This document shows positions 9,732 through 20,320 of a stretch of 64,000 bases of DNA, piece by piece (within the stretch, counting starts at the first letter, position 1; every line of letters begins with the position of its first letter). Both the position numbers and the translations under genes were made by a program. The notes beneath the pieces are model-generated. The model was not told the DNA's origin, did no database searches, and saw only the letters and a program-made list of their open reading frames with translations. The stretch is from an uncultured beta proteobacterium (GTDB lineage: Bacteria; Pseudomonadota; Gammaproteobacteria; Burkholderiales; Usitatibacteraceae), in NCBI GenBank assembly GCA_963824135.1, contig CAWGOH010000008.1:22-64021 (forward strand), in the 5' to 3' direction.

Positions 9732-10576
9732 ATGAGATTGAAATCATTCCAGTCGGCGATCGCGTTCATCGCCGCCATTTGCGCGGCCCTCGTCCTCAAC
9801 GGTTGCGGCGGCGGCGGCGGCGGCGGAACCACCGCCACGACGAAATCGGCCATCGTCATCGGCAAGATGGCGGACGCAGACCGCCGCGAAGGCGGACGAC
9901 CGGAATCGTCGCGCTCGCGGCCGGTGACCCGATCGACGTCCACGTCCAGTCCGATCCGGCCATCAAGGCCACGGTCGGCGCGGATGGCACGTTCACGCTG
10001 CGCGGCCTGCCCGAAGGCAGCTTCACGCTCGTCTTCACCCAGGCGGGCGCCCCGGTCGGGACGCTCGACCTTCCGGGAGGTGGCGGCGAACCAGCAGATC
10101 ACCATCACCGTCCAGCTCGACGGCGGCGAGGTCGTCCTCGTCGACGAGGACCGCCGCGGCATCGGCAACGCCGGGGTCGAGCTCGAGGGACCGGTGCAGA
10201 ACGTCGTCGTCCTCGATGCCGGCGGCCGACAGCCGCTTCGTCATCGCCGGCCGCGAAGTGGTGGCGCGCCCGGGCGTGACGGCCATCCGCGAGGGCATCA
10301 CGCGCAAGACCGTCGCGGACGTCACGGTCGGCAGGCAGGTCCACGTGAAGGGGACCACGGTCGTGGGCAGCACCGACGTCCTGGCCTACGAGATCAAGCT
10401 GCAGAATCCCGCCACGGACGACGGCTCCCGCGGGCGGCACCGCGAAGATCACGATATGCCACATCCCGCCGGGCAACGCGGGCAAGGCGAAGACGATCAG
10501 CGTCGGCGCGAGCGCGTGGTTCGCGCACCAGGGGCACGGCGACACGGAAGGCGCCTGCCCGCCGCCCGCGCCCTGA
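9732..10576 (+). CDS. Lipoprotein with beta-sandwich domains and a C-terminal ICHIPPGN...HGD motif; at least 4 frame breaks
   Basis: Lipobox LVLNGC plus a poly-Gly linker. Segments TFTLRGLPEGSFTLVF, VELEGPVQNVVVLD / FVIAGREVV..VHVKGTTV (DUF5666-like) and GGTAKITICHIPPGNAGKAKTISVGASAWFAHQGHGD-stop lie in alternating frames. Confidence 0.55.
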
Positions 10577-10602
10577 TTGGGTCGCGGGTCCGACCTGCGT
10601 CC

Positions 10603-10628
10603 AGGGCGCCTTCGGGCGCCCTTTTCAC
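10603..10628 (+). terminator. Rho-independent terminator after the lipoprotein gene
   Basis: AGGGCGCC-ttcg-GGCGCCCT followed by TTTCAC. Confidence 0.5.
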
Positions 10629-10664
10629 GGATGCGCCGGATGCCGGAAGGGGCAACGGCCCCGG

Positions 10665-11213
10665 TCAGAACCAGACCTCGGGATAGCGGCGGGAAGCCGG
10701 GATGTTGTTCACCGCGAGCGCCACCGCCAGGAGCACCAGGGGCCCCAGCGTGCAGGGCACGAGCACGAAGAGGAAGCCCAGCTCGTGCACCTCGCGGCGA
10801 GCCGATCACCGCGATGAGCGCCGTGGCGCCCCCGGGCGGGTGCAGCGTGCGCGTGGCGTGCATCACCGCGATGGCGGTCGCGACGGCGAGCGCGCCGGCG
10901 AGCCACGGGTAGGGGTGCAGGAGCTTCCAGCAGGCCACGCCGATGAGGCCGACAGGACGTGGCCCCCGACGAGGTTGCGCGGCTGCGCGAGGGGGCTGCG
11001 CGGCGCGCCGAAGAGCAGCACGGCGGAGGCGCCCAGCGAGCCGACCATGAGCGTGAGGTCCGTTCCCGCGAAGATCGCCTGGCTCGCGAGCCCCGCCGCG
11101 GCGATGCCGAGGAAGGCGCCGACCCACGACCACGCGATCTCGGCGTTGCTCACGCGCGGCGGGCTGCCCCGCGTCGTCCCGCCCATCTTGCGGAAGTACT
11201 CGGGAAGGCTCAC
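10665..11213 (-). CDS. HPP-family integral membrane protein (two frame breaks near 10945 and 10800)
   Basis: WSWVGAFLGIAAAGL..GASAVLLFGAP.SPLAQPRNLVGGHVLSA / LIGVACW..ATRTLHPPGGATALIAV / EVHELGFLFVLVP..YPEVWF-stop. The HPPGG motif defines the family. The GTG start overlaps the CBS gene stop (GTGA). Confidence 0.7.
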
Positions 11214-11839
11214 CGGTGCGCCTCCCGGTCCAGGGCCTCGAGGAAGTCCTTGCGCAGGAGCAGCCCGCGCAGGCGTCCCTGCGGCGTCGGCCACCGGCAT
11301 GCTGCGGCCGGGATGCCCGCGGAAGGCCGCCATCGTCTCGCGGAAGCCCGCCTCCGGGCGCACGGTGACGGCCGGCGCGGTCATCGCCTCGTGGACGGGC
11401 GTCTCGTGGCAGCGGTGGCTCACCTCGCAGGAGTTCTCGACCATCCGCAGGAGCAGCTCCAGGAAGGTGCCCGCCTGGAGCCGGCGGAGGAAGTCCGTCT
11501 CCGTCAGCATGCCGACCACGCGCCCGTCGCCGTCGACCACCGGCAGCGCCCTTGAAGCCGCTCGCCACGATCGCGCGCGCGGCCTCGTCGAGCATCGTTC
11601 CGGTCGCGAGCGGCGCGGCGACGGGGCGCATGAGGCTTTCGGCGCGCAGCCCGCCGAGGAGGCGGTCGATGGCGTGGTGGTGCGCGAGGTGGTAGATCTC
11701 GCGGAAGTCGCCGGGCGTGATGTCGAGGTAGCCCGGGATGTGCCGCATCGCGTCGAGGATGTCCTCGTCGGCGAGCTCGACTTCGGGGACCGCCTCGTCG
11801 CCCGCGCCGCCGGGCGGCGGCTGCGGAATGCTCGTTCAT
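11210..11839 (-). CDS. CBS-domain pair protein (about three frame breaks)
   Basis: MNEHS.. / EDILDAMRHIPGYLDITPGDFREIYHLAHHHAIDRL..LMRPV / LPVVDGDGRVVGMLTETDFLRRL..VHEAMTAPAVTV.. / RLRGLLLRKDFLEALDREAHR-stop. Two CBS motifs are recognisable. Confidence 0.6.
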
Positions 11840-11925
11840 GTCGTGGCCTTCGGTTCGATGGGGACTGCCGTCAGGATAGGCCGGCCCGGGGTCGCCGCTC
11901 AAGGGCGCTTGCTACACTTCGCGCC

Positions 11926-13124
11926 ATGGCCCGGCAATCGCAGCCGCACTACGACGTCATCGTGATCGGCGCGGGCGCGGCCGGGATGATGTGCGCGGCG
12001 ACGGCGGGGCAGCGCGGGCGGCGCGTCCTCCTCGTCGACCACTACCCGAAGCTCGGCGAGAAGATCCGCATCTCCGGCGGCGGGCGCTGCAACTTCACCA
12101 ACCTGCACGCCTCGCCCGCCAACTACCTCTCGAGGAACCCGCACTTCTGCCGCTCGGCCCTGGCGCGCTACACGCCGAGGCACTTCATCGCGCTCGTCGA
12201 GCAGGCACCGCATCGCGTACCACGAGAAGACGCTGGGCCAGCTCTTCTGCGACGATTCCGCCACGCAGGTCATCGCGATGCTCAAGGCCGAGTGCGACGC
12301 CGGCGGCGTCGAGTGGCGCATGCCCTGCGAGGTGCGGGCGGTGGCGCGCGAGGAGGCGGGCTTTCGCGTCGACACCGCGGCCGGCCCCGTCACCTGCGCA
12401 TCGCTCGTCGTGGCGACGGGCGGCCTCACGGTGCCCAAGATCGGCGCGACGCCCTTCGGCTACCGCCTGGCGGAGCAGTTCGGGCTCGCGGTCGTGCCCC
12501 CGAGGCCCGCGCTCGTGCCGCTCAGCCTCGATCCGCAGGCGCTCGCGCGCTACGGCGATCTCTCCGGGGTTTCCCTGGAGGCGGAGGTCTCGTGCCGCGG
12601 CGCGCGCTTCCGCGAGAGCCTGCTCTTCACGCACCGCGGGCTCTCGGGCCCGGCGATCCTGCAGGCCTCCTCCTACTGGCAGGACGGGCCCGCCTCCGAC
12701 CCGATCCGGGTGAACCTGCTGCCGGGCGTCGACGCGCAGGCGTGGATCGCGGAGCGCCGGCGCGCGAAGGCGCTCCTCGCCACGCTGCTCGCCGAGACGC
12801 CTGCCGAAGCGCTTCGCGCAGGCGTGGTGCCAGGCGCACGGCCTCGAGAAGCCCGTGGCGGAGCTCTCCGACAAGGCCCTGCGGGATGCCGCGATCGGGC
12901 TCGCGGACTGGCCCGTGCATCCCTCGGGCACGCTCGGCTACAACAAGGCGGAAGTGACGCTGGGGGGCGTGGACACGCTCGGCCTGTCGTCGAAGACGAT
13001 GGAAGCGGCCGCGGTTCCGGGCCTCTACTTCATCGGCGAAGTGGTCGACGTCACCGGCCACCTCGGCGGCTTCAACTTCCAGTGGGCCTGGGCCTCCGGC
13101 CACGCCGCCGGAGAAGCGGCCTGA
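11926..13124 (+). CDS. BaiN/HI0933-family NAD(P)/FAD-dependent flavoprotein (two frame breaks near 12205 and 12810)
   Basis: YDVIVIGAGAAGMMCAATAGQRGRRVLLVDH..KIRISGGGRCNFTN at the N-terminus; GLYFIGEVVDVTGHLGGFNFQWAWASG at the C-terminus. Both are family signatures. Confidence 0.8.
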
Positions 13125-13158
13125 AAAAGGGGCCGGTTCCTTCGAACCGTCCCCGTTT
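13124..13158. terminator. Bidirectional terminator between convergent genes
   Basis: AAAAA-GGGGCCGGTTC-cttc-GAACCGTCCCC-GTTTT (11-bp stem with one mismatch, flanked by an A-run and a T-run). Confidence 0.55.
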
Positions 13159-13933
13159 TCATTTGAACTTGTCGCGCAGGGCCTGCGTCGCCGACCGGAA
13201 GAGGCCGAGGTCGCTGCCGACCGCCACGAACGTGGCGCCCCATTCCATGTAGCGGCGCGCGTCGGCCTCGACGGGCGCCAGCGTGCCCGCGGACTTCCCG
13301 CCGGCCACGGCGCGCTCGATGATGTGCTTGATGGCCGCCTGCACGTCCGGGTGCGCGGGGTTGCCCAGGTGCCCCAGCGCCGCGGCGAGGTCCTGCGGCC
13401 CCACGAAGATCCCGTCGACGCCGTCCACCGCCGTGATCGCGTCGACCGCCTCCAGCCCGGGCCGGCTCTCGATCTGCACCATCACCGCGATGTTGTCGTC
13501 GATGATCTTGAGGTAGTCGGGGACGGTGCCGAAGCGGTTGCTGCGCTGCGAGACGGAGACGCCGCGGATGCCGCGCGGCGGATAGCGCGTCGCGGCCACG
13601 GCGGCGCGCGCCTGGTCGGCCGACTCCACGAACGGCATCAGGAAGTTGTGGAACCCCGCGTCGAGCAGGCGCTTGATGATCACGGGCTCGTTCCACGGCG
13701 GGCGCACGACGGGCGCCGACACGCTGTCCTTCAACGCCATGAGCTGCGGCACGAGCGTCGTGACGTCGTTGGGCGCGTGCTCGCCGTCGACGAGAAGCCA
13801 GTCGAATCCCGCCAGCCCCAGCACTTCCGCCGTGGAGGGGTTGGCGAGCGAGCACCAGCAGCCGATGAGGCGGCTTGTGGGCGAGGAGGCCGGCGCGGAA
13901 GGCGTTGGGCGGCGACCGGTAGGGGGCGTTCAT
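13159..13933 (-). CDS. HpcH/HpaI-family 2-keto-3-deoxy-acid aldolase (one frame break near 13870)
   Basis: [50 protein letters not shown] are HpcH/HpaI (GarL/RhmA-like) motifs. The N-terminus [18 protein letters not shown] is in the adjacent frame. Confidence 0.8.
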
Positions 13934-13970
13934 GGCGTGTCTCCGTAGTCGAGGAAAGGGCCGGTGGATA

Positions 13971-14948
13971 TCAGTCGAACTTGGCGCCGGAATCCTTCAC
14001 CACCTTCGCCCAGCGCGCCTTCTCGCTCTTGATGAACTCGCCGAAATCCGCGGGCGAGCCCGGGCGCACCTCGGCGCCGGCCTTGTCGAGGCGGTCCTTC
14101 ATCTCGGGCGTGGCGAGGATCTTCGTGATCGTGGCGTGCAGCTTGGCGACGACGTCGGCCGGCGTGCCGGCGGGCGCCACGATGCCCTGGAAGGAGCCCG
14201 TCTCGAAGCCCGGGAGCCCCGCCGACTCGGCCACGGTCGGGATGTCGGGCGCCGCCGCGAAGCGCTTCGCGCTGGAGATCGCGAGCGCCTTGAGCTTGCC
14301 GTCCTTCACCGCGGGGTAGGTGGCGAGCATGCCGTTGAAGAGCACCTGCGCCTGGCCGCCCATCACGTCGGCGATGGCCTGCGAGCCGCCCTTGTAGGGG
14401 ATGTAGGTCCACTGGATCCCGGAGCGCATCGCGAACTCGATGCCGGCCAGGTGGTTGGCGCCGCCGATGCCCGAGATGGCGAAGTTGAGGGAGTTGGGCT
14501 TCGCCTTGGCGAGCGCGACCAGCTCCTTCGCGTCCTTCGCGGCGACCGACGGGTGCGCGGCGAGGATGTGCGGCGAGTAGGCCACCATGAGCACGGGCGC
14601 GAAGTCCTTCACCGGGTCGAAGGGCAGCGTCGGGAACACGCTCGGGGCGATGGCGAGCGAGCCGATGTCGCCCAGCAGGAGCGTGTAGCCGTCGGCCGGG
14701 CTCTTGGCCACGAAGTCGGCGCCGATGTTGCCGGTGGCGCCGGGCTTGTTCTCGACGATGACGGTCTGGCCCAGCGCCTCCGTGATCTTCGGCCCCAGCG
14801 AGCGCGCCAGGATGTCGGAGGTGCCGCCCGGCGGGTAGGGCACGATGATCTTGATCGACTTGGCGGGCCAGGCCTGGGCGAAGGCGGCGCCGGCGAAGGC
14901 GAGCGCGGCGGCACCGGCGAAAGCGGCGAATCGGCGGATGAGACGCAT
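13971..14948 (-). CDS. Bug-family (TctC-like) tripartite tricarboxylate transporter substrate-binding protein
   Basis: Signal peptide plus WPAKSIKIIVPYPPGGTSDILAR..ENKPGATGNIGA..PADGYTLLL..NFAISGIGGANHLAG..IPYKGG, the classic Bug signature. A GGAG lies upstream of the ATG. Confidence 0.85.
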   Translation of the reverse strand: MRLIRRFAAFAGAAALAFAGAAFAQAWPAKSIKIIVPYPPGGTSDILARSLGPKITEALGQTVIVENKPGATGNIGADFVAKSPADGYTLLLGDIGSLAIAPSVFPTLPFDPVKDFAPVLMVAYSPHILAAHPSVAAKDAKELVALAKAKPNSLNFAISGIGGANHLAGIEFAMRSGIQWTYIPYKGGSQAIADVMGGQAQVLFNGMLATYPAVKDGKLKALAISSAKRFAAAPDIPTVAESAGLPGFETGSFQGIVAPAGTPADVVAKLHATITKILATPEMKDRLDKAGAEVRPGSPADFGEFIKSEKARWAKVVKDSGAKFD

Positions 14949-14992
14949 GGAGGGACTCCTCGTTGTTGTGGTGGCGGTTTGTGGTGCTGCGG

Positions 14993-15929
14993 TCAGACGG
15001 GCGTGATCGCCTGCCCGGTCTCGAAGAAGCGGGCGAGGTTGTCCAGCACGAGCTGCCCCATGGCGGCCCGCGTGTCGGTGGTGGCGCTGGCGATGTGCGG
15101 GGTGAGGACGACGTTGTCGAGCGCGAGGAGCGCCTCGGGCACGCGCGGCTCGTCGGCGAAGACGTCGAGGGCGGCCCCGGCGATGCGCCTTTCCACGCAG
15201 CGCGGCCACGATCGCGGGCTCGTCGACCACGGAGCCGCGGGCGATGTTCACGAGGAAGCCCTCCGGCCCGAGCGCCTCGATGACGGAGGCCGACACGAGC
15301 CCGCGCGTGGACTCGCCGCCGGAGGTGGCGACCACGAGGAAGTCGCACCAGCGGGCAAGGTCGGCCAGCGAACGTTCGTAGGGATACGGGGCGTCCGGGC
15401 TCTGCCGCCGGTTGTGGTAGCGGATCTCCATGTCGAAGCCCTCGGCGCGGGCGGCGATGGCCCGGCCGATGCGGCCCAGGCCCACGATCCCGAGGCTCTT
15501 GCCGCTCACCTTGGTGGCGAGCGGCATGGGCCCCTTGAGCCAGCGCCCGGCGCGCACGTAACGGTCGCCCGCCGTGACCCCGCGCGCCACGTCGATGAGC
15601 AGCGCGATCGCCAGGTCGGCGACGCAGTCGGTGAGGACGTCCGGGGTGTTGGTGACCACGACGCCCTTGCGGCGGGCGTGCTCGGCGTCCACGTTGTCGT
15701 AGCCCACGCCGAAGTGCGCGACGAGCTTCACCTTCGGCAGCGCGTCCAGGAGCGCGGCGTTCACGCCGCTCCTGCTCGTGGAGACGAGGGCGTCGATCGA
15801 GGCGGCGTTCGCGGCGAGGAAGGCCGCGGGGTCCGGCGCCTTCGCCAGCTGCAGGTGGTTGTAGGTGGAAGCGAGGCCCTGCTCCACGAGCGGCAGGAGG
15901 GGGCCCAGTTGCAGGACGGTCGGCTTCAA
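14993..15929 (-). CDS. D-isomer-specific 2-hydroxyacid dehydrogenase (glyoxylate/hydroxypyruvate reductase-like); one frame break near 15195
   Basis: GVGYDNVD, GIVGLGRIGRAIA (NAD fold) and LVNIARGSVVDE are in one frame; AALDVFADEP..LTPHIASATTDTR is in the ORF at 14993-15196. Confidence 0.8.
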
Positions 15930-15941
15930 GCGTGGCTCCGG

Positions 15942-17372
15942 TCAGGCGGCGGTGTAGGCGGTCTTCACGACCGTGTGGAACTCGGCGGCGTAGCGGCCCT
16001 GCTCGCGCGGGCCGTAGCTCGAGCCCTTCCGGCCGCCGAAGGGAACATGGTAGTCGACGCCCGCGGTGGGCGCGTTGACCATGACCATGCCGGCCTGGGC
16101 GCTGCGCTTGAAGTGCGTCGCGAGCTTGAGCGAGGTGGTGCAGATCCCCGCGGACAGGCCGAACTCGGTGTCGTTCGCCACCGCGAGCGCCTCGTCGTAG
16201 TCCTTCACGCGGATCACGCTCGCCACCGGGCCGAAGATCTCCTCGCGGCTGGAGCGCATCGCGTTGCTGGCGTCCAGGAGGACGGCGGGGGAGAGGTAGA
16301 AGCCGGGCTTGCCGCGCCCGAGCACCTCGCCGCCGCAGCCGACCCGCGCGCCTTCCTGGCGCGCGATCTCGAGGTAGCGCAGGTCCTGCTCCAGCTGCGA
16401 CTGGTCGACGACCGGGCCGATCTGGGTTCCCGCCGCGCGGGCGTCGCCCACGGCCAGCGAGCGCGTGCGCTCGACGAGGGCCGCGACGAACCGGTCGTGG
16501 ATGCCGGCGGTGACGACGAGCCGCGACGAGGCGGTGCAGCGCTGCCCCGTGGAGTAGAAGGCGCCCTGCACCGCGCATTCCACGGCCACGGCGAGGTCGG
16601 CGTCGTCGGCCACCACGAGGGGGTTCTTGCCGCCCATCTCGAGCTGGAACTTCGCCATTCGCCCGACGGCGGCCTGGGCCACGCGCCGGCCCGTCTGCAC
16701 GGAGCCGGTGAAGGTGATGGCGTCCACGCGCGCGTCGTCGAGGAAGACCTGCCCCACGACCGAGCCGCGGCCCATCACGAGGTTGAAGACTCCCGGCGGC
16801 AGCGGGCTGCGGCTCGCGATCTCGGCGAGCGCCCAGGCGCAGCCCGGCACCAGGTCCGCGGGCTTGAAGACCACGCAATTGCCGTAGGCGAGCGCCGGCG
16901 CGACCTTCCACGCCGGGATGGCGATCGGGAAGTTCCACGGCGTGATCGCCGCGACGACGCCGAGGGGCTCGCGCGTCACCTCCACGTCGAGCCCGGGGCG
17001 CACGGAGGCCAGGCGCTCGCCGGGAACGCGAAGCGCCTCGCCGGCGAAGAACTTGAAGATCTGCCCGGCGCGCGCGACCTCCCCGACGGCCTCGGGCAGG
17101 GTCTTGCCCTCTTCGCGCGCCAGCAGGTCGCCCAGCTCGGCCTTGCGGGCGAGGATCTCGGAGCCGATGAAGTCGAGGGCGTCGGCGCGCGCCTGGGGCG
17201 TGGCCGCGGCCCACTTCGGGAAGGCTTCGCGCGCGGCGGCGACCGCATCGCGCGCGTGCGCCTCGCCCGCCTGCGCGTAATCGCCGACGACGTCGGTCGT
17301 GTCCGAGGGGTTGATGTTCGGCGAGGGGCGATCGCCCTCGACCCAGTTGCCGCCGATCCAGTTGCGCTTCAT
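15942..17372 (-). CDS. Aldehyde dehydrogenase, alpha-ketoglutaric-semialdehyde/glycolaldehyde dehydrogenase-like
   Basis: Intact 476-aa ORF with ITPWNFP, FTGS, ELGGKN-like QLEMGGKNP and GQRCTA (catalytic Cys) motifs. Confidence 0.9.
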   Translation of the reverse strand: MKRNWIGGNWVEGDRPSPNINPSDTTDVVGDYAQAGEAHARDAVAAAREAFPKWAAATPQARADALDFIGSEILARKAELGDLLAREEGKTLPEAVGEVARAGQIFKFFAGEALRVPGERLASVRPGLDVEVTREPLGVVAAITPWNFPIAIPAWKVAPALAYGNCVVFKPADLVPGCAWALAEIASRSPLPPGVFNLVMGRGSVVGQVFLDDARVDAITFTGSVQTGRRVAQAAVGRMAKFQLEMGGKNPLVVADDADLAVAVECAVQGAFYSTGQRCTASSRLVVTAGIHDRFVAALVERTRSLAVGDARAAGTQIGPVVDQSQLEQDLRYLEIARQEGARVGCGGEVLGRGKPGFYLSPAVLLDASNAMRSSREEIFGPVASVIRVKDYDEALAVANDTEFGLSAGICTTSLKLATHFKRSAQAGMVMVNAPTAGVDYHVPFGGRKGSSYGPREQGRYAAEFHTVVKTAYTAA

Positions 17373-17382
17373 TTCCTGCCCT

Positions 17383-19113
17383 TCAGTGGATCTCGGGGTC
17401 GGCCGTCGCGGCGCCGGCCTCGAGGAAGTCGAAATCGCAGCCCAGGTCGGCCTGCGTGACGTGGGCCTGGTAGATGGCGCCGAAGCCGCGGGAGAAGCGC
17501 GGCGGCGGCGGCGTCCAGGCGGCCTGCCTGCGCGCGAGCTCGGCCTCGTCGACGAGGAGCTCGAGGCGCCGCCCGGCGACGTCGAGCGAGATGCGGTCGC
17601 CGTCGCGCACGAGGGCGAGCGGGCCGCCCACGTGCGACTCCGGGGCCACGTGCAGCACGCACGCGCCGTAGCTCGTGCCGCTCATGCGCGCGTCCGAGAT
17701 GCGCACCATGTCGCGCACGCCTTCCTTGAGGAGCTTCTTCGGGATCGGGAGCTGCCCCCACTCGGGCATGCCGGGCGCGCCCTGCGGGCCGGCGCCCTGC
17801 AGCACGATGACCGAGTCGGCCGTCACCGGCAGGTCCGGGTCGTCGATGCGCGCGGCCATGTCGTCGTAGCTCGAGAACACGACGGCCGGGCCCGTGTGCT
17901 TGTGCAGGCGCGCCTCCATCGCCGGCGGCTTGATCACGGCGCCGCGCGGCGCGAGGTTGCCGGTGAGCACCGCGAGGCCGTCGCCGGCGACGAGGGGCCG
18001 CTCGCGCGGGCGGATCACGTCGTCGTTCCACACCTGCGCCCCGGCCAGGTTCTCGCCCAGCGTGCGGCCGTTCACCGTGGGCGCCGAGCCGTCGAGGAGG
18101 TCCTCCAGCCGGGCGAGGAGCCCGCGCAGCCCCCCGGCGTAGAAGAAGTCCTCCATCAGGAACTTGCCCGCGGGGCGGATGTTCGCGAGCACGGGAGTGC
18201 GCCTCGCGAGGGAATCGAAGCGCGCGAGGTCCAGCGCCACGCCGGCGCGGCGGGCGATGGCGATGAGGTGCACGATCGCGTTGGTCGATCCCCCGAGGGC
18301 GAGCGCCGCGGTGACGGCGTTGTCGATCGCGCGCGCGTCCACGACGTCGCGGATCTTCAGGTCCTCCCAGACCATGTCCACGATGCGCTTGCCCGAGAGG
18401 GTGGCCATCTGCGCGTGGCGCGAGTCGGGCGCCGGGATGGAGGCCGCGCCCGGCAGCGTGAGCCCCATCGCCTCGGCCGCGCTCGTCATGGTGGAGGCCG
18501 TGCCCATCGTCATGCAGTGCCCGGGCGAGCGCGCGATGCCGTCCTCGACGCCCTTCCAGTCCTCCTCGGTGATGTTGCCGGCGCGAAGCTCCGCCCAGTA
18601 CTTCCACGAGTCGCTGCCGCTGCCCAGGTACTGGCCGCGGAAGTCGCCGCGGAGCATGGGCCCGGCCGGCACGAAGATCGAGGGCAGGTTCATCGCGAGC
18701 GCGCCCATGACGAGGGCCGGCGTCGTCTTGTCGCAGCCGCCCATGAGCACGCAGCCGTCCGCGGGATAGGAGCGCAGCAGCTCCTCCGTCTCCAGGGCGA
18801 GGAGGTTGCGGTAGAGCATCGTGGTGGGCTTCTGGAACGGCTCCGACAGGCTCATCGCCGGCATCTCCACCGGGAAGCCGCCCGCCTGCCAGATGCCGCG
18901 CTTCACCTCCTCCGCGCGCTGGCGGAAGTGCGTGTGGCAGGGGTTGATGTCGCTCCACGTGTTGATGACGGCGATGACCGGCTTGCCCGCGTAGTCCGTG
19001 CGGTGGAAGCCCATCTGCGCGGTGCGCGAGCGGTGCCCGAACGAGCGCAGGTCCTTCGCCCCGTACCAGCGGTGGCTGCGCAGCTCCTCGGGCTTCTTGC
19101 GGCGGGCGGTCAT
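17383..19113 (-). CDS. IlvD/Edd-family dehydratase (pentonate/sugar-acid dehydratase-like)
   Basis: Intact [24 protein letters not shown] and GGSTNA motifs match the IlvD/Edd family; the RSHRWYG..FGHRSR N-terminus resembles arabonate/xylonate dehydratases. Start taken at the internal ATG ([10 protein letters not shown]). Confidence 0.9.
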   Translation of the reverse strand: MTARRKKPEELRSHRWYGAKDLRSFGHRSRTAQMGFHRTDYAGKPVIAVINTWSDINPCHTHFRQRAEEVKRGIWQAGGFPVEMPAMSLSEPFQKPTTMLYRNLLALETEELLRSYPADGCVLMGGCDKTTPALVMGALAMNLPSIFVPAGPMLRGDFRGQYLGSGSDSWKYWAELRAGNITEEDWKGVEDGIARSPGHCMTMGTASTMTSAAEAMGLTLPGAASIPAPDSRHAQMATLSGKRIVDMVWEDLKIRDVVDARAIDNAVTAALALGGSTNAIVHLIAIARRAGVALDLARFDSLARRTPVLANIRPAGKFLMEDFFYAGGLRGLLARLEDLLDGSAPTVNGRTLGENLAGAQVWNDDVIRPRERPLVAGDGLAVLTGNLAPRGAVIKPPAMEARLHKHTGPAVVFSSYDDMAARIDDPDLPVTADSVIVLQGAGPQGAPGMPEWGQLPIPKKLLKEGVRDMVRISDARMSGTSYGACVLHVAPESHVGGPLALVRDGDRISLDVAGRRLELLVDEAELARRQAAWTPPPPRFSRGFGAIYQAHVTQADLGCDFDFLEAGAATADPEIH

Positions 19114-19135
19114 GGCGCGGTCTCCATCGCTGCGA

Positions 19136-20188
19136 TCATAGCGCGCCGCGGCGGCGCGCAAGGTAGAGGTAGACGGGCTCGGTGAACAGCATGACGATGG
19201 CGAAGCGGATGACGTGGGCGGCGGTGACGAAGGCGACGCCCACGCGCAGCACCTTCGCCGTGATGGCCATCTCGGCGATGCCGCCGGGTGCGCAGGCGAG
19301 GAGGATGGTGGCCGGCAGCACGCCCATCGACCAGGAGATCGCCAGGGCGAGGGCGGCGCAAAGCACCAGCATGAGCGCGACGGAGGCGAGGACGGCGGCC
19401 ACGAAGCGGGGCGCCTCGCGCAGGAAGCTGCGCTGGAAGCGCTCGCCGAGGCTGCAGCCGAGCAGGAGCTGGGCGGCGTTGGTGAGCCACGAGGGGATGG
19501 AGGAGAACTCCAGCCCGGCCACGGTGAGCGCGATCGCCAGGGCGAGCGGGCCCATCATGAACGGGTTGGGGAGCCGGGTCCGCTGCCAGGCGAAGGCGGC
19601 CGCGAGCGCGAGGACGGCCAGGAGCGCGAGCCCCGCCGGGTCGAACGGCACGGCGACCGGGATGTAGTCGTCGGTGCCCGTCTGGCCCAGGAGCGTGATG
19701 GCGATGGGCACGCTCGTCACGACGACGAGCAGGCGCAGCGAGTGCGCGAGCGCCACGCGGTCGGCGAGGGCCGCGTGGCGGTCGGCGAGCACCACCATCT
19801 CCTGCGCGCCGCCGATGGCCGTGGAGAAGAAGGCCGTGGCATGGTCCGTGCCGGCCGCGCGCTCGAGCACGAGGCTCGACACGATGCCGATGAGGAGCAC
19901 GCCGATCGCGGCCGCGAAGAGCGCGGGCGCGTTCGCCAGCACCTCGCTCGCGACCGTGGGCGTGAAGTACAGGCCGATCGCGATGCCGATGGTCATCTGG
20001 CCGAACTGGCGCCCGCCCGGGGGCGCCACCAGGCTCGCGCCGCCGAACTGGAAGAGCGCCATCCCGGCGAGCGGCCCGATCATCCACGGCAGGGGCGTCT
20101 TCAGCCAGGCGCAGAGCGCGCCACCCGCAACGCACACCGCCAGTGCCCCCGCGATGGCGGCGAGTCGTCGTGGATCCATGGCCCGCAT
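19136..20188 (-). CDS. AbrB-duplication family integral membrane protein (putative transporter)
   Basis: Intact ORF of about 350 aa, all-hydrophobic, with an internal duplication (LPWMIGPL.. / [10 protein letters not shown].., APGGIAEM) as in PF05145-type proteins. Start 20188 or 20179. Confidence 0.7.
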   Translation of the reverse strand: MRAMDPRRLAAIAGALAVCVAGGALCAWLKTPLPWMIGPLAGMALFQFGGASLVAPPGGRQFGQMTIGIAIGLYFTPTVASEVLANAPALFAAAIGVLLIGIVSSLVLERAAGTDHATAFFSTAIGGAQEMVVLADRHAALADRVALAHSLRLLVVVTSVPIAITLLGQTGTDDYIPVAVPFDPAGLALLAVLALAAAFAWQRTRLPNPFMMGPLALAIALTVAGLEFSSIPSWLTNAAQLLLGCSLGERFQRSFLREAPRFVAAVLASVALMLVLCAALALAISWSMGVLPATILLACAPGGIAEMAITAKVLRVGVAFVTAAHVIRFAIVMLFTEPVYLYLARRRGAL

Positions 20189-20320
20189 TTTGCCTGTTGC
20201 CCGCGAAAGGCGCTTTCGCGGCACCCGGTCCGGCTTGACGTGCGTCAAACGGATCGTTGGCCCAAAGGCTAATCTGCCGGTGCAGGAACGCGGCCGCAGG
20301 TCCCGCCGCCATACCAGACG

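Noticed and set aside
9804-9827. (GGC)n trinucleotide run after the lipobox as a phase-variation tract
   Set aside because: The repeat unit is 3 nt, so slippage keeps the frame. It simply encodes the poly-Gly linker common after lipoprotein Cys+1.
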